This document shows positions 1-13,776 of a stretch of 64,000 nucleotides of DNA, in pieces. Source of the stretch: Euprymna scolopes. Its lineage: Eukaryota. The notes beneath the pieces were generated by a model. It saw only the letters and a program-made list of their open reading frames with translations. It made no database searches and was not told where the DNA came from. The stretch lies in the NCBI GenBank assembly GCA_053919585.1, contig CM132824.1. One strand, written 5' to 3'. The position numbers and the translations under genes are program-made. Each line of letters begins with the position of its first letter. The first letter of the stretch is position 1.

Positions 1-2040
1 AAGGCTAGATGTTATACATGGATGTCTTCATAGGAATAGATTTTTGCTATCACGTCTAAAACGTAGCTGAGAAAAAAAGGGTTCTTAAGCGTAAGGCCAG
101 AGTTAAAATGGAGTTAAATAGTTAAAATGGAGTAAAATAGATTTGATAAATGATTTAAATTTAGTAAGCAAATCTGAAATCTGATAGATATTGTTTGTAG
201 ATCAGTAAAACTTTAAACATCCTAGCTCATTAAACACAATTTTGTTTATAACTGTTAAATTCAAAAACCAAGGTGCGCCTCCATTTTCATTGGAGTAAAA
301 CATTGTGGAGCTAAATAATATATTTATAAATGGGATACTTATTAATGGATTCCTATTTTTAGATAAGTATTTAAGAACTTAAATCCTCAATTGATATTAT
401 TGGAATGAGTAAAAAATTGGAGCCATCTGCAACCACAGAAATTTATGATTAGGTTAACACTTTGAAAATAAATCGGAATACCGGTAGAGATGTGCATTAC
501 AAACATATAATTTGTACAGGTTAGCAAACAGCAAGGATTAACTAATAAATAAATCACAACATATGAGATTTCGACAAAAGCATTACATTTTCTTACGTAT
601 AGAGTTACATCCTTCCACGTCAAAACTATCAGATAACCGTAAATCAGAATAGGTTTGAACGAAAGTAAATACAAATTAAAAAAATATATTAAATGACAAA
701 TTTTAAAAGTGAAAATGAGATTGCATTAAATAAAGAGTAATATTAACCCTAGTCTCCTCATGAAATAAATTTAAACAACAACCGCTTTTTGAAATTACAC
801 AAATGAGTATGCCGATATATTGGTAAATAAACAAAACAAATTCTAGATACGAAACTAACATGGAATCAGAACAATATGGCAGGAACATAGTTGATTAGTC
901 CGTGAATAGAAAAAATAAATGAAATAAAATAAAGACATAAAGAGATTTAATTTAATAAATTAGTGAATAATATTATTACAATATATTAAGTGAACATAGG
1001 TAAAAGGTAGCAAGGTTGAATTATATTTCGATTGCGATTTTTTTTAAAATTAGGGATACGAAAATAGGTAAATATGAAAATATTAAAAAAAAAACCTTGG
1101 AAGGAAGAGATCTACGAAAAATATTTTTTCATAGTTTCCTTAAAGGGAAATGGATTTCATATTGTTCATTGTAAACGTGTTTTTTTTTAAACGTCTGATA
1201 AGCGGGTGTTCTTGTGAAAATTTTCAAACGATATAGGGTTCAACTTTTCCGAATCGTCTTGGAACAATTGTAACGAACGATTAAATACACTATTTGTTGA
1301 TATATATCAATCATTTGATTTTTNNNNNNNNNNNNNNNNNNNNNNNNNNNNNNNNNNNNNNNNNNNNNNNNNNNNNNNNNNNNNNNNNNNNNNNNNNNNN
1401 NNNNNNNNNNNNNNNNNNNNNNNNNNNNNNNNNNNNNNNNNNNNNNNNNNNNNNNNNNNNNNNNNNNNNNNNNNNNNNNNNNNNNNNNNNNNNNNNNNNN
1501 NNNNNNNNNNNNNNNNNNNNNNNNNNNNNNNNNNNNNNNNNNNNNNNNNNNNNNNNNNNNNNNNNNNNNNNNNNNNNNNNNNNNNNNTCTTTGGTGATCG
1601 TGATTTTATATATAATGTTTGTTGCAGGGGTAATTACATTTTTACCCCATATAATAAACATATATAGCTATGTTCAACAAATGGGACGAATATCATTTTT
1701 GTTTCTTTTCCTGGACAAAGGAATCCCATACTTTTTTGGTGGCAACCATTGTTGTTTTCTCTCAGACGCGTTTCTGAACATGTAATCTATTCCTACCACG
1801 AAAACTCAGACAATCAAATTAATTTTCCACATTCACATCTGCGTTTGTTGCAACTTTTTGTTCTTAGATAGAAGGACAATCTTTTTCGATGGTTTCATAG
1901 TACTGTCTTTCCAGCCGAATACGTCCATGGCTGCACGACATTTGCCTGCCCCGCTTTCTCGTTCCAAGTCGTTCCTCCAAACTCATTGACTACCCCTAAC
2001 AAACGGAGTACGTGTGTTTTAAAGCTGTATGGTTTTAGCG

Positions 2041-2110
2041 TTAATTCCACGTGATTAATTCAACGTGATTTATTCCACGTGATTATTTCAACGTGATTAA
2101 TTCAACGTGA
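2041..2110. repeat. 14-bp minisatellite x5 (TTAATTC[C/A]ACGTGA)
   Basis: Five consecutive units read directly from the sequence. Confidence 0.95.
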
Positions 2111-2400
2111 TTTAAAGCATAAATCTGATGATCCACCTTTGCCAGGACTAAAGTTATTGGTTTTGTATATATTTTCGTATGCTTAAAGTTGGTATCGGTT
2201 TGAATGCTGCGGTTTGTATCTGTGAAAAAATTGGCTTAAAAAACTCTAATAAAGTCGACATGGGAGTATCTCCCTTCAATCGTCGTAATTTTTAGGATGT
2301 ACAATTTTGTCCCTTACAATTAGAGGCTTCCAAAAGCTATGAATTTCTAAGCTTAAGCTGCTTAGTAATTTTTTCAGCCATATGTGCTGGTTCTTTGAGT

Positions 2401-2450
2401 CGCCTGACGACGGTCGAAGACCAAATCGACCGAAATGTTACACCAATAAA
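2401..2450 (+). ncRNA. Minimal hammerhead-like motif (family D) followed by AATAAA
   Basis: Reads CGC CTGACGA C GGTCGA-AGACCAAA-TCGACC GAAATGTT ACACC AATAAA, with a perfect 6-bp helix II. Confidence 0.55.
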
Positions 2451-2609
2451 ACTCCAGATTGAAACAATAGTCCAATCAAAAAAAGTAATATAAATAATCA
2501 GCCGTCATCTAAAAAAAAAAACCGGAACTGCAACATTAAACGTTACATTACTAATTAATATGAACACAGCTCTAATACCCCCAATACAATCTATATTCAA
2601 TACCTATTG

Positions 2610-3588
2610 GCATTTTTGTTTATATATTTCTATTAATGATTTTCCAAATAACATTCATGGACCATTCGTAGATATCTTTGCTGACAACACAACCATCTAT
2701 GGCATCACATCAAAGGCCGTCAACGATCAAGTAAACTCTAATTCTATCTCCTCTGATCTTAAGCATGTGGTACAATGGGGGAATAGTAGCTGGTTATTAT
2801 TTTTATGCATCTAAAACAAAGCATCTATCTTTATATCATAAACAACCTGATCCCAATCTGGCATCAATTGAAATGAATGGCACTCCATTTGGGAAGGATC
2901 CGTGTTTTGACAGCTTCTGGGTTTTACCTAAAATGGTATATGTACACCGAATTCGTTGCCAAGTTCGCTGAAAAATGGTGGGGTTTTTCTATAGATACAG
3001 TAGATATATCCCTGCTTAGGCAGATCTTTACCTATATAAGAGTCAGGTACGTTCAAGAATGGAGTATTGCTGTCACATCTGGACAGGAGCTTCTAGTAAG
3101 ATCGTATCCTTCCTTGAAAAGTCCAGAATACACTTCGTAGCCTGGTGCGAGATGCCCTTTTGTCTTACTCACAGACGAGACGTTGCGAGTGTGTCTCTGT
3201 TTTATCATTATTTTTGTTGAAATAGCTCGTCTGAGTTCCAATCTATGGCCCCCTCTCGTCAAACATTCACGAAAACCCCTCATTTGTAAACACTATCAAT
3301 AATTTCCCTCAATCTTTATCTGTGCCTAAAACTAATCATAGATTCCATGAACAAAGCTTCTTTCTTAGAACTGCACACCTGTGGAACTCTCTTCCCTTTA
3401 CTTTATTTCCAATATGGCGTCTTAGAGTTTAATGTAAACAACCACTTGATGAGCATTACTCCTTTAGTAATCCAACTCATCAAATGTAACCTTCTAACGA
3501 TTACTATAATGTTGTTCTCTTGACCACTTTACACTCTTTAACCCTTATCCTCGAGTTTCCTCTGGGCCTTGATAAGTGATGATTTCTT

Positions 3589-3590
<2 letters not shown>
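2610..3590 (+). pseudogene. Decayed CR1-like LINE, subfamily 2
   Basis: Encodes INDFP..DIFADNTT and a MEYCCHIW-like segment. The 3' end TTATCCTCGAGT...GCCTTGATAAG..TTTGTA runs into (TA)n. Confidence 0.8.
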
Positions 3591-3636
<46 letters not shown>

Positions 3637-4684
3637 CATATACACTTTAGGTGGAGTAATATTTATGATGGACATAGTGTGCTCGTTGGATCGAATTCAA
3701 TTCTTAATTTCACGCGGAGAACATGTATACTTGCAATGCATATTCATTTAAGATATTGTCAAGGACATTTTAGCTCGCTATTTTCTTCTACTTATAGCAG
3801 AAATAGATGTATAGAGAAAAAGAATAAGAAAGTAAATTGAGAGATGGAAAAATAATAAGAGAGGAATGGCAACATAGTCCGTACAAGATCGATGACACTC
3901 TTTTCTTTAAAGTCGATATCTGGCTTCATTATCTTTTATTTGTCCATGGGAAATGGCGGAGTGTTCATTTATTTATGTCCGGGTTTATTCATCGGTTTAA
4001 CGCGCGTGCCTTCTGAACGAGTTGTTGGGACGCCATGATTAAACTCTTTTCCCGCGGGTAGCTCACCGTTGAGCGCTTTCAAATGCGAGAGCAGAGCTGA
4101 AAAGATAATTGGAACGCCTAGTCACACGTCAATATAAATTTAATCACGAGGTTTTGCAACAGCCGATTCTTAAAGCTAAAATCCATTGAGATAAACGGAA
4201 TAACAAAACAAATTTTAAACTAAATCATGTAAACGTGAATTTCTTACTTTTCCTACTATGTATATTCTTGCATTTTCTCCATCTATGCTACTTATATTCC
4301 ATCGAAACAATTACGAACACAACGATACAAGGTTCCATAAAAATGTTTAGGATACAACATAATTATTCAGCAGTATAGTATGATCAACGAACTGTGTGTT
4401 CAATGAACAGGCTCTGGCTGTCCAACCCTTTGTGTTAATACAAAATTGTCGCTCGATAAGTAAGTGATGCCAAAATGTCTACATAATATACAAAATAATA
4501 TGGTGTATGAGCTTACTGAAGAAGTATATATCTATAATATAAAGCTCAACGTCTGTGTGTTTGTGTGCGTGTGTGTCTGGTCACAAATAGGCTCCTATGT
4601 GATTGACTACTTTGGAGAACTTATTGCATATAATGATAGAACATGCATCGAGGATCAGGAATGGGTATGTTTGATCTGGTAGAA

Positions 4685-5040
4685 CGGTGGTTCATTAAAA
4701 TTGTGGGGTTTGCGTTCGCGTCTGGCCCCCAAAGTATGGAAATAAAAAATGAAAAAAAAACGTTAACGAGCGTTTTTGATATAGACGTACATAAGAATAC
4801 TTTGATAAGTATGTTTAAACTTAAATAGGGATGGTATAATAAAATTGTAGGGTCTGCGTTCCCGCCTGTACTCCATGGAAATATTGCACAAACTTTAATA
4901 AACAGTTTTCATATCTATTTGCGTAAGTATTCTTTGATAATTATGTTTCAGTTTGAACAAATATGGTATAATAAAATTATGCGGTGTACGTTCGCGCCTG
5001 ACCTTCATAGAATGTAAATATGTCACAAAGTTTAACAATT
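4685..5040 (+). repeat. Degenerate tandem trimer (~130-145-bp unit)
   Basis: TGGT(A)TAATAAAATT.T..GGT.T.CGTTC.CG.CTG occurs at about 4688, 4832 and 4964. Confidence 0.75.
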
Positions 5041-5491
5041 ATTTTTAAAGGGCTGAGGGTCCACAATAACACTTTAACTTTAATCTTAATTCACGTTAGC
5101 GTTTATTTATATTTTGAGTTGAATCATATTGTGTCGACTAAATTCAGCTCATAAATGAACTTTTCTACCATTAAAGTAACTTTTATTTACTATGGTTACA
5201 TTTATTTCTTGTAAATTTATATTATTATATAGATAACATTTTCTCTTTGTAAGGAAACATTATTTTGTTTGTAAAACTTGGCTACAAATGGAAATAAAGT
5301 TGATACAAAAAATATATTTTTCTCGCGAAAATTATCTTTACTTTCATCGTATTTTTCTTAGAGTGAAATTTTGGAGTATCAACACCTATCTCTTTACAAC
5401 GCCCTCCTTTTCATAACCTATCAGTGTTTCACCAATCACAGTCCATGTTCTGTAGGATGTTTTTGAACCCAGTCAACGACGGGTACTTCTG

Positions 5492-5552
<61 letters not shown>

Positions 5553-5589
5553 TTTTTGTTTCATTTACATATGTATTAATGTGTTGATA

Positions 5590-5738
5590 CACATTCATGA
5601 GCATGTTCCGGTGAGCCAGTAAGTAGAGACCTCTTCAGGCTATATTGCTTACAGAATAAGCCTTTCCATAAGCAATATCAACTGAAGACGTTTCTAGTTA
5701 CTAATAATTTGTTGACAAAAACATGTTCATATTAATGC
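5590..5738. repeat. Degenerate foldback with CTGAAGA hammerhead-like cores (family E)
   Basis: AGTAAGTAGAGACCTCTTCAG pairs with CTGAAGACGTTTCTAGTTACT, and ATATTGCTTA pairs with TAAGCAATAT. Both arms continue into AACATG(C/T)TC. Confidence 0.6.
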
Positions 5739-6499
5739 TTATGTAAAACAAAATAAAAATATTTTTGCCCTACTTCAGTATTGAGAACTCTTGTATTAAC
5801 CTTGTAAACATTTCATTGGTTGGTTTACGTCGGGAAAATAGTAACCTGCAATACATACATACGGCGGCAAAAGAAAAATTCCACATGAGGGTTGTTCTTA
5901 CCATCTGGCCTTCCCATCTTTAAAATCTTTTTACTGATTCTGCGTGTGTTAATAGTAACAATCTGACAGCCCAGATGTTGATTACTGGGTATATGCACCT
6001 AAGATAACCCCCAAACTAAACAATTTTTGTTCCAAAAATTTGACTCAGTTAACCCCAGTTCAATAAGGTATGTTGGTTTTAAACAATGAAACATATTTTG
6101 TGTGTTCAGACTACAGCGAACGATAAGCATCATCACTAGTGCTTCACCCCATCTTTTGACAAACATATACCACTTTCAACATGTGTTTGTCATACGTAGC
6201 AATAAGATAAAACTGTTATCAAACTGTGATTTTAACGGTAACATAACTGATGTAGATGTTGTTTATGATAGCGTATATGTGACACTAATGCCCACTATTT
6301 CATCATAACTGCTTCAACATTTGTTTTCTTTTTCATATGCGCAAAAAAAAACAACATGGCAAAACACGAAAAAGAAGAAAGATATACTGATGATGAGGTA
6401 TAGCCTCGAAATATATTTATAAATTTCAATATAAATTTCAAACAAAATAAATATATGTTTATTTTGTAATAAAACGTTTTTGGCTTCAAACGTATCTAA

Positions 6500-7036
6500 T
6501 CTACTACCGATAACAATGGTCAATAACGCTTTATCTGAAAGTACACCTTTTAAACTTTTCGGCTTCACGTTCACAGAATACATGAGTTGGAACAATTGCA
6601 TTGAGAGTATTGCCAGGGCCGCTGCGAAGACGGTAGGTTCTCTTTACCGGGCTAGAAAGCTACTTACGCCAGAAAGTATCCTGTACCTCTTTAAGACCAT
6701 GATTCGCCCATATATGAAGTATTGGTGTCATGTTTAGGCTGGTGTATCTGCTACTAGTCTCTCTCGCTCCTAGACAAGGTTCAAAAGAGAGTTGCGAACC
6801 TGATAGGTCTTGAACTGTCATCTCAGCTTCAGTCTCTGTCCCATCGATTACATGTGCATCCCTCTGTTCTACAAGTATTTTAACGGTGAATGCTCTGACA
6901 AACTGCAAGCACTTGTACCCCCACGACGTAAATACCCCCGACAAACCCGACAAGCAGCTAAATCCTACCCCTTCACAATAGAGATCCCTAGATGTAAGAG
7001 AGCCTTCTACTCCAGTAGTTTCTTTCCCAGAACCGT
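6500..7036 (+). pseudogene. Truncated, decayed copy of CR1-like subfamily 1
   Basis: Encodes FKLFGFTF..MSWNN.IESIARAAAK.VGSLYRARKLLTPESILYL and SFFPRT. It aligns by eye to ~34855-35390 with frameshifts and stops. Confidence 0.9.
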
Positions 7037-8961
7037 TAGACATTTTCAGATGAACAACCTTTCCTCTGACTTATAGAATAAAAAAAAACACTATAACAAT
7101 AGAACATTTTGGAAACCATTTTCCTTAAAAGCAAAGAAAACAAGCGAAACTATTTTACCTCTCTCTCATCCTTGCAAGGTATTTTTTTTAATATTGATAT
7201 ATATACCTATTTTCGTAACACTATTTTAAAAAGTATCACACAATCTTACCACTAATTACCTATAACCATTTAATATGTTTCATTAATACTATTCGTTGAT
7301 TTCTTAAATTAGATTTCTATATTTCTTTATTTCATATAACTTATGTAAAAAAAATATACTTATTTTTATAATCTGGCAATATCAACTAAGTTAAATCGTT
7401 TCGATTCTTTGTTAGTTTCATATTAGGCAAGTTTTATAGCGTATTAAATAAGGAAATAAAGTTTAACATTTCTTTATACTTATTTCAATCTCATTCTTCA
7501 TTTAAAATAGTGGATCCCAGTGCATTCTTTATTTTTATGTTCTATTTCTTTATTTTATTTTGTTCTATTAAGATTAACGCTTATCGGATATTCTTGGTGT
7601 TGAAGGGAGATAACTCCGTTAATAAGGAGTTTTGAAGTTTTAGTTTAAACTATAAGATACTAAAATCACAGTAAGTACTAATAACGGGTAAAGGGAGGAA
7701 ACCAGCGCCGTTCGATGTTTCTAGTTTGGTACATTCCTCATATGCATTTATGATTTATTTATTAATTAAACAGATCCAATTAAAACTAGGCCAAGTTATT
7801 CAACATATAAATATTTAAAGCATATCTTAACTCTGAAGCTAATTTTATTACCATAGATTTAACCTGCGTCTGCCATCAATCCATAATTTGCTGGTGTTAT
7901 GCATAGCTTTAAAACAAAATACCAATTCAGGAATTATGTCCTTACATACTTAAAAAATAATGATACATAACCCATTAATAAGTATTCTAATAATATAATT
8001 GCCTTCAGCTCCATGTACGTTTTACTTCAATAAATAATTCAATAAATAATTGTTTTTTTTATTTAATCGTTTAGAATAAGAGTAATGTTTAAATAACTAA
8101 ATTTATTCAAGTTTTACTTGTCTGAAAACAGTATCAATCATTCTCTATTCTTTAATTGCTAATTAATTTTGTTCTTGCTAATTTATTGTTTATCTATTTT
8201 AATGATCTGGAAACGGTATCAACTATTTCACCATCCATTCGACTAAGAAAGTGTTCCCGGTTTTGGAACAATATTGCTAATCTTTGTTAATCCTTATTAT
8301 ACATCTACATTTTTTATCCAGTAATCCATGGTCTTTATTTCCAAAAATGTGTTTCTAGTGTAGAATATTAGAAACCAGATGTGCTTGCTAGATTTGGATC
8401 ATTCATCTAATCTACATCATTCTTAGCTATTTAACTCTATATTAAATTTGATCTTGCAATTAAGATTTTTCCAGAATGGGTTTTACCTCAGCTACATTTC
8501 AGACGTGATAACAAAAACCTGTTCCTGTGAAGACATACCTGTTTAGCATCACACATTTTATTTAATATTTCTTCTTTAGAATTCACAGGCTTTCAATAAA
8601 AACAGCTTGCACCTTTTTGATTTCCCAAGTCTATGCTTACTCCCCATATCTACTATTGACCATTTCAATTAAAAATCTTTTTTTGTTTCTATGAAGTTCC
8701 CTGACCCAATCACTTAATGCAGTTGTATTCCTCTTTTTATTTCTAATGTTTATTATTGTAGCATCCCGCTGCTTTCATTAGCCCTTCTCTATTAGTTTCC
8801 ATCTCCGGTTCATTTTTTAAGGATACCAGATGGTTTCTATCATTATTCCTTATTTTTCATATTTTTCGTGATTATGCAAAATAAATAATAGAAACTACGT
8901 TAGCTATATTTCCCCACCTCAGCAAAATAAGCTGACACTATAATAACCTCTAATAACAGCA

Positions 8962-9081
8962 GCATTCGGAGAGCGCAATGGTTAGAAGCTCCGATTGTCA
9001 TTTAGACAGTGGGGTTTCGATCCTGGCTTCAGGTACGTGTTCGTCTAGCAGCACTAAGAGCTGTTTAACATGTATGTGGAT

Positions 9082-9085
<4 letters not shown>
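8962..9085 (+). mobile_element. tRNA-derived SINE-like head followed by (TA)n
   Basis: A-box-like AGCGCAATGGTT and B-box-like GTTTCGATCC at tRNA-like spacing. It does not form a complete cloverleaf. Confidence 0.5.
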
Positions 9086-9140
<55 letters not shown>

Positions 9141-9789
9141 GGGGGGGTGCACATGAACAGTACATAGGGCAGAGCAAAGCCGGGCTCAATTGCTAGCAGA
9201 ATATATAACGTGAAAAAACTGTCAAAAATAACCCAAACATTTTGGAGCCAGATATGCAATCAGCGAAACACCCCCACACACACACAAACACCAGGAATAC
9301 TGATACTTTTTTATTTTGGAAAGAAGCCACATATTATGAAGAGCGCCCGATCGTGTTTAAACAAAAGAAGAATATTAACAGTAAATTTGCATCGCTTATA
9401 TTGCATGGACGTATATTAATAAACATGTTTTAAGATTATTTCTGTTTGCCTTCGACAAAGTTGATTGAGTACAATTCGCACGTGAAATGTTCCCAGGAAT
9501 TCCCATATATATAAAAAAATACAAAATTAAATTTTAAAAAAAGTATATAAAAACACATATCTGGAACCTATTTGTTCTTTTGATAGAATCTCTCGAAGTG
9601 AAATTAAAAATGAGGAAATCGGAAAGAATTAATAACTCTCTGGATATCGACAAACAATCCGGTAAAGCGCAATAAAAATTAATGAAAGGATAAGAGCGAC
9701 ATTAAGACGTAGAGGCAGTCTTATTAAAGAACCAAGTTATTCATAGAAGGGGAAAGAGATAAGATAGAATATAAACAGAAAGTTTACTT

Positions 9790-10510
9790 TTAAACAAATG
9801 GCGCATGCATGATCCCCCGTGAGTGCATAGTGAACGAGGCACACAAAATGACTAAGTGCAGCATTTGCCCCCCAAATCTTCAGTGGACGTCAAATCCTGG
9901 TATAAATGAACAACCAGTGCAGTTTTATGCCTTAAGATATGTAAATTTGAGTTCTGCACCACACAAAATAAAAAAGAAATAGCTAAGTCCATCATTTGCA
10001 TCCCCCATTTAGCTCCAAGAGTTCCAAAGACCTTAATATATTTAAATTTGAGTTTAACACCATGCAAAACTGCTTAATAGATATATACAGAAAATTTTGG
10101 ACAAATATGATAAAATAGTCGAAAAATTAAGTGTTGTATTGGCTCTAAAACAACCCCTTGGGCACACGCAAGAATTATCCCGAAGTGTAGACAAACAAAT
10201 TATATAAATTAAGAATTTATAGAAATCAATTAGTTACAACTTTTCAGAAAGTTTTATAAACACCGAAGGTATCATTTTTTTAATAAGCACAAAAGTGTAA
10301 AGGCACCAGTAGGGTAGGGGAGCTACTAAAGTTTTCCCGGAAAATTCGTTTTGTTACTTTTTATTCATATCATGTTTAATGTTTGTGCAAAATTAAAATA
10401 AAAAATCCAAGGTGTTGTTATTGAGAAAAGTACGGACAGACTGACGGACCAACTGACGAAAGAACAAATGTGAATTTACAGAACCAACCCACTTTTTATC
10501 GGGGTACTAA
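9790..10510 (+). mobile_element. Possible Helentron-associated (HINE/DINE-like) non-autonomous element
   Basis: It has a GGACAGACTGACGGACCAACTGACG (GACN)-type tract, followed by a short subterminal ACCC...GGGT hairpin. Boundaries are approximate. Confidence 0.35.
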
Positions 10511-11482
10511 TAGATAATCTTTGCAAATAATACGCATGTAAATAAACATGGAATCGATACGTTTAATAGATTTACAAAATGCAATTACAGTTTAGATGTG
10601 AATTTTATATATAAAACATGCTATTTTAAGTGTTTAGAAATAAAAAGAAATCTGCTCATTCTGTTGTGCAAATTTTTATCCGATGTTACAACGAAAAATT
10701 GCTTCATTTTAAGGATACAGCCATATAAAAAAGAGTTTTTTTTTATTATTTTAAATTGCATTTAACTTAGTAGTGTGAATGGAACTTCCTTGCTGTAGTT
10801 GATAATTGAATTTATTAATATTGGAATTTATATATCTATGAGATTGTAAGCATAGACTTCTTTGCATCTATCACTGCTATCTATATTTCGCTAGAGATTG
10901 GTTTGTATGGCTTGTTTCTAATTTTTAACAGAATATTTATACTATGATATTCACTCAAATTACAAACGTATAATACAATAAAATATAGTATGCTGTCCTG
11001 AAACTGTTCTTAGCATTTGCATATAATATTTATTTATCTATTAGAACTATAGAACATACCTTACAGTGATATCAATAATGAGCGCAGTTCTTTCGGAATT
11101 TATACTTGTTATACTGGCTTACGTCGATGCCTTCGTTAGGTCTCGATAGACAATGGATGCATTTGTAAAGGTAACTGTGCGTGTAATTGTGAGAACAATG
11201 TTGTGCAATCTTCAACCACACATTTCACGAATGAGTCCTATGGCAAAGATAAGTGCTAGAACGGCAGCGAAATCCGACTATGGAGTGAACGTGCTTAATC
11301 CGGAACAAGGGGTGTGCCTATCCAACCAACAATAAACCAAGCCGATGTCTTACATATAGTCAAATTTCGCCGCGGTTTGCTTGATCTGTGCTAGTTAATA
11401 GACGTTCTTAGTTGCGGCCAGGTTGCTCATGTACTCGCCTCGCATACAGCAGGCACGGGTTTCGAAGCCTGAGTTCCGATCA

Positions 11483-11528
11483 GTTTAACTGATGAGCCCG
11501 AAATGAGGGCGAAACCCGAGTCGTGTAC
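11483..11528 (+). ncRNA. Hammerhead ribozyme-like motif (family A), intact core
   Basis: Reads GTTTAA CTGATGA GCCC-GAAATGA-GGGC GAAAC CCGA GTC GTGTAC. The core and helix II are perfect and helix I is eroded. A degenerate inverted copy lies immediately upstream. Confidence 0.7.
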
Positions 11529-11719
11529 ATTCGGTTTGTTGTCTCTTGTCAGCTGCGACATTNNNNNNNNNNNNNNNNNNNNNNNNNNNNNNNNNNNNNN
11601 NNNNNNNNNNNNNNNNNNNNNNNNNNNNNNNNNNNNNNNNNNNNNNNNNNNNNNNNNNNNNNNNNNNNNNNNNNNNNNNNNNNNNNNNNNTAATATTACT
11701 ATACAACATATTTATTGAT

Positions 11720-12215
11720 AGAAAATATGCGATATCATCTCTCCCATCTTATCCGTCATCTTTCAGGATGTCGCACTAATCTATTTCTCGATTTCTCGCA
11801 TGACAGGTTGCAGGTCCCGAAAAATTTCCAATCCTATGCCCTGTAGTAGGTTGTCAATGTAGGTCATTCTTTTTCTACCACAGTTTTGGGGGTCTATCTC
11901 TTTGTATTGAGAGAACTAGTCTACTGGCTTTCTCCTCGCTGGACCTCATGCAATGACCGGCTCTTCTCACCCTTCCTTACTTCATTTTAAGTGATAGGTG
12001 TAGTAGGTAACCATAAAGCTGTTGCTCTGCTGCATGGCTCCCCAGTATGTATTTAAGGTGATCCTGTGCATCAGGGTGTAAACGTAATCCAGCCTATTCT
12101 TCAGCACATTTGTAAGAGTCCATGCCTAAGTACCATAGAGAAAGTATGTTTCTACTGTGGCAATAAAGAGACTTAACGTTGAAATTTTCTGAGCAAGTAG
12201 ATGCCCATATCTTCC
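11720..12215 (-). pseudogene. Heavily decayed RTE/RTE-X-like LINE 3' fragment
   Basis: The minus strand gives ATVETYFLYGT*AWTLT...RLD.VYT.M.R...AGHCMRS, resembling RTE-group C-termini (LYG.E.WTLT..AGH). Confidence 0.55.
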
Positions 12216-12305
12216 TCACCTTGTGAAATATACGAAATATTTATCAATCTTACATACGTTATTTACTTAGCACACATAAGTACACTGACCCCCACCTGGT
12301 CACAA

Positions 12306-12370
<65 letters not shown>

Positions 12371-13516
12371 GTCTTGGGGACAATAAACCCCCTATGTAAA
12401 CGTGTCTATACACGGTGGTTTTACTAAGCCGAGAGTTTAGAAATACCGANNNNNNNNNNNNNNNNNNNNNNNNNNNNNNNNNNNNNNNNNNNNNNNNNNN
12501 NNNNNNNNNNNNNNNNNNNNNNNNNNNNNNNNNNNNNNNNNNNNNNNNNNNNNNNNNNNNNNNNNNNNNNNNNNNNNNAGAAACGATCCTCATATACAGG
12601 AAGACTAGAATTATAAGTAAATCCACATCGTGTATATCGTGTCTGAAGATTAATCGTTTACATTTTCTGTTAGGTTGATCGAGTGCAACCTGCGGTTTCA
12701 AGAGCTCCCTGGATGAAAATGCATTCCAAATAGAAAGAAAGAAATTTAATTTAAAAATAAATTACAGAAAAACAAACGAGTCGGAATTCCTTTGTTTGAT
12801 AAGATTTCATTGCAAAAAAATAACTTTAACGACGTTGGAAAGATAATATTAATTTTTGAGCTATCGATAAATCATCAAGGAAAACGCAATAAAATAAACT
12901 TCAATAAAAATGGACGTCATCTGAGCTCACACTGAGGAAGTCCATTAATTCTTAGCATTTCATAATTTCCAAATGAACTGAAATAAAAGAGGAAAGAAAA
13001 GTTAGTTTACTATCACCAGAGAACTGACGTAATTTCGGATTATAATTGTGAGATAAAAAGGCCGATTTTGATTGTATGAATACAGAGCATTAAAAAATTG
13101 TGAATGAAACATAGGAAAAAAAAACAAATTAAATCAAATGCAAGAACTATTAACTTTCTATCTAATTTGATATTATTATGATTTGCATGAACTTTAAGGC
13201 ATCTTTCTTATGCCTTTATACACACCTTTAACATCAGATTCTATAAAGCCTTAAAATTGAATGACATCAAAAATTAAACAAAATTACCGCTAATTATACA
13301 GGGTGATTCACGGAACACGGATGGTTGAAAAAAATCTTGACATAAGATGGATATATATTNNNNNNNNNNNNNNNNNNNNNNNNNNNNNNNNNNNNNNNNN
13401 NNNNNNNNNNNNNNNNNNNNNNNNNNNNNNNNNNNNNNNNNNNNNNNNNNNNNNNNNNNNNNNNNNNNNNNNNNNNNNNNNNNNNNNNNNNNNNNNNNNN
13501 NNNNNNNNNAAACATT

Positions 13517-13723
13517 ATGCGTATTTTTTCGGCATTTACTTCAACTGTGCTCACTATATAGATAGAGCACCGTAGTAAGTTTTAAAAAATATTTATCGCA
13601 ATTAAGCTACATAGAACATTCCGCGTTTCGTTCTCCTGACAATTCGTCAGGAACATGGATTATCACGGTAATAAGACGCTGAATGTTCTTTGTGGCTTAA
13701 TTGACACATATATTTTCATAACT

Positions 13724-13727
<4 letters not shown>
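13517..13727. repeat. Inverted pLTR-like pair, family B (diverged)
   Basis: CAATTAAGCTACATAGAACATTCCGCGT pairs with GACGCTGAATGTTCTTTGTGGCTTAATTG. The minus core is CTGACGA...GAAACGCGG. It shares ATTTACTTCAACTGTGCTCA with the reverse complement of 31080-31101. Confidence 0.75.

Positions 13728-13776
<49 letters not shown>

Noticed and set aside
2041-5040. CRISPR-like arrays
   Set aside because: The repeats are contiguous or degenerate without unique spacers, there are no cas genes, and the context is eukaryotic.
7400-8900. Possible ancient minus-strand LINE remnant
   Set aside because: Only the T-rich bias and weak peptide hints support it, with no diagnostic motif.
8962-9030. Functional tRNA gene
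   Set aside because: A/B-box-like motifs are present but the acceptor and anticodon stems do not close, so it is treated as SINE-like.
11067-11170. Possible exon (TTACAG...AAG|GTAACT) next to a Cys-rich GCICKGNCACNC stretch
   Set aside because: All three frames contain stops and no partner exons are visible. At most it is a decayed fragment.
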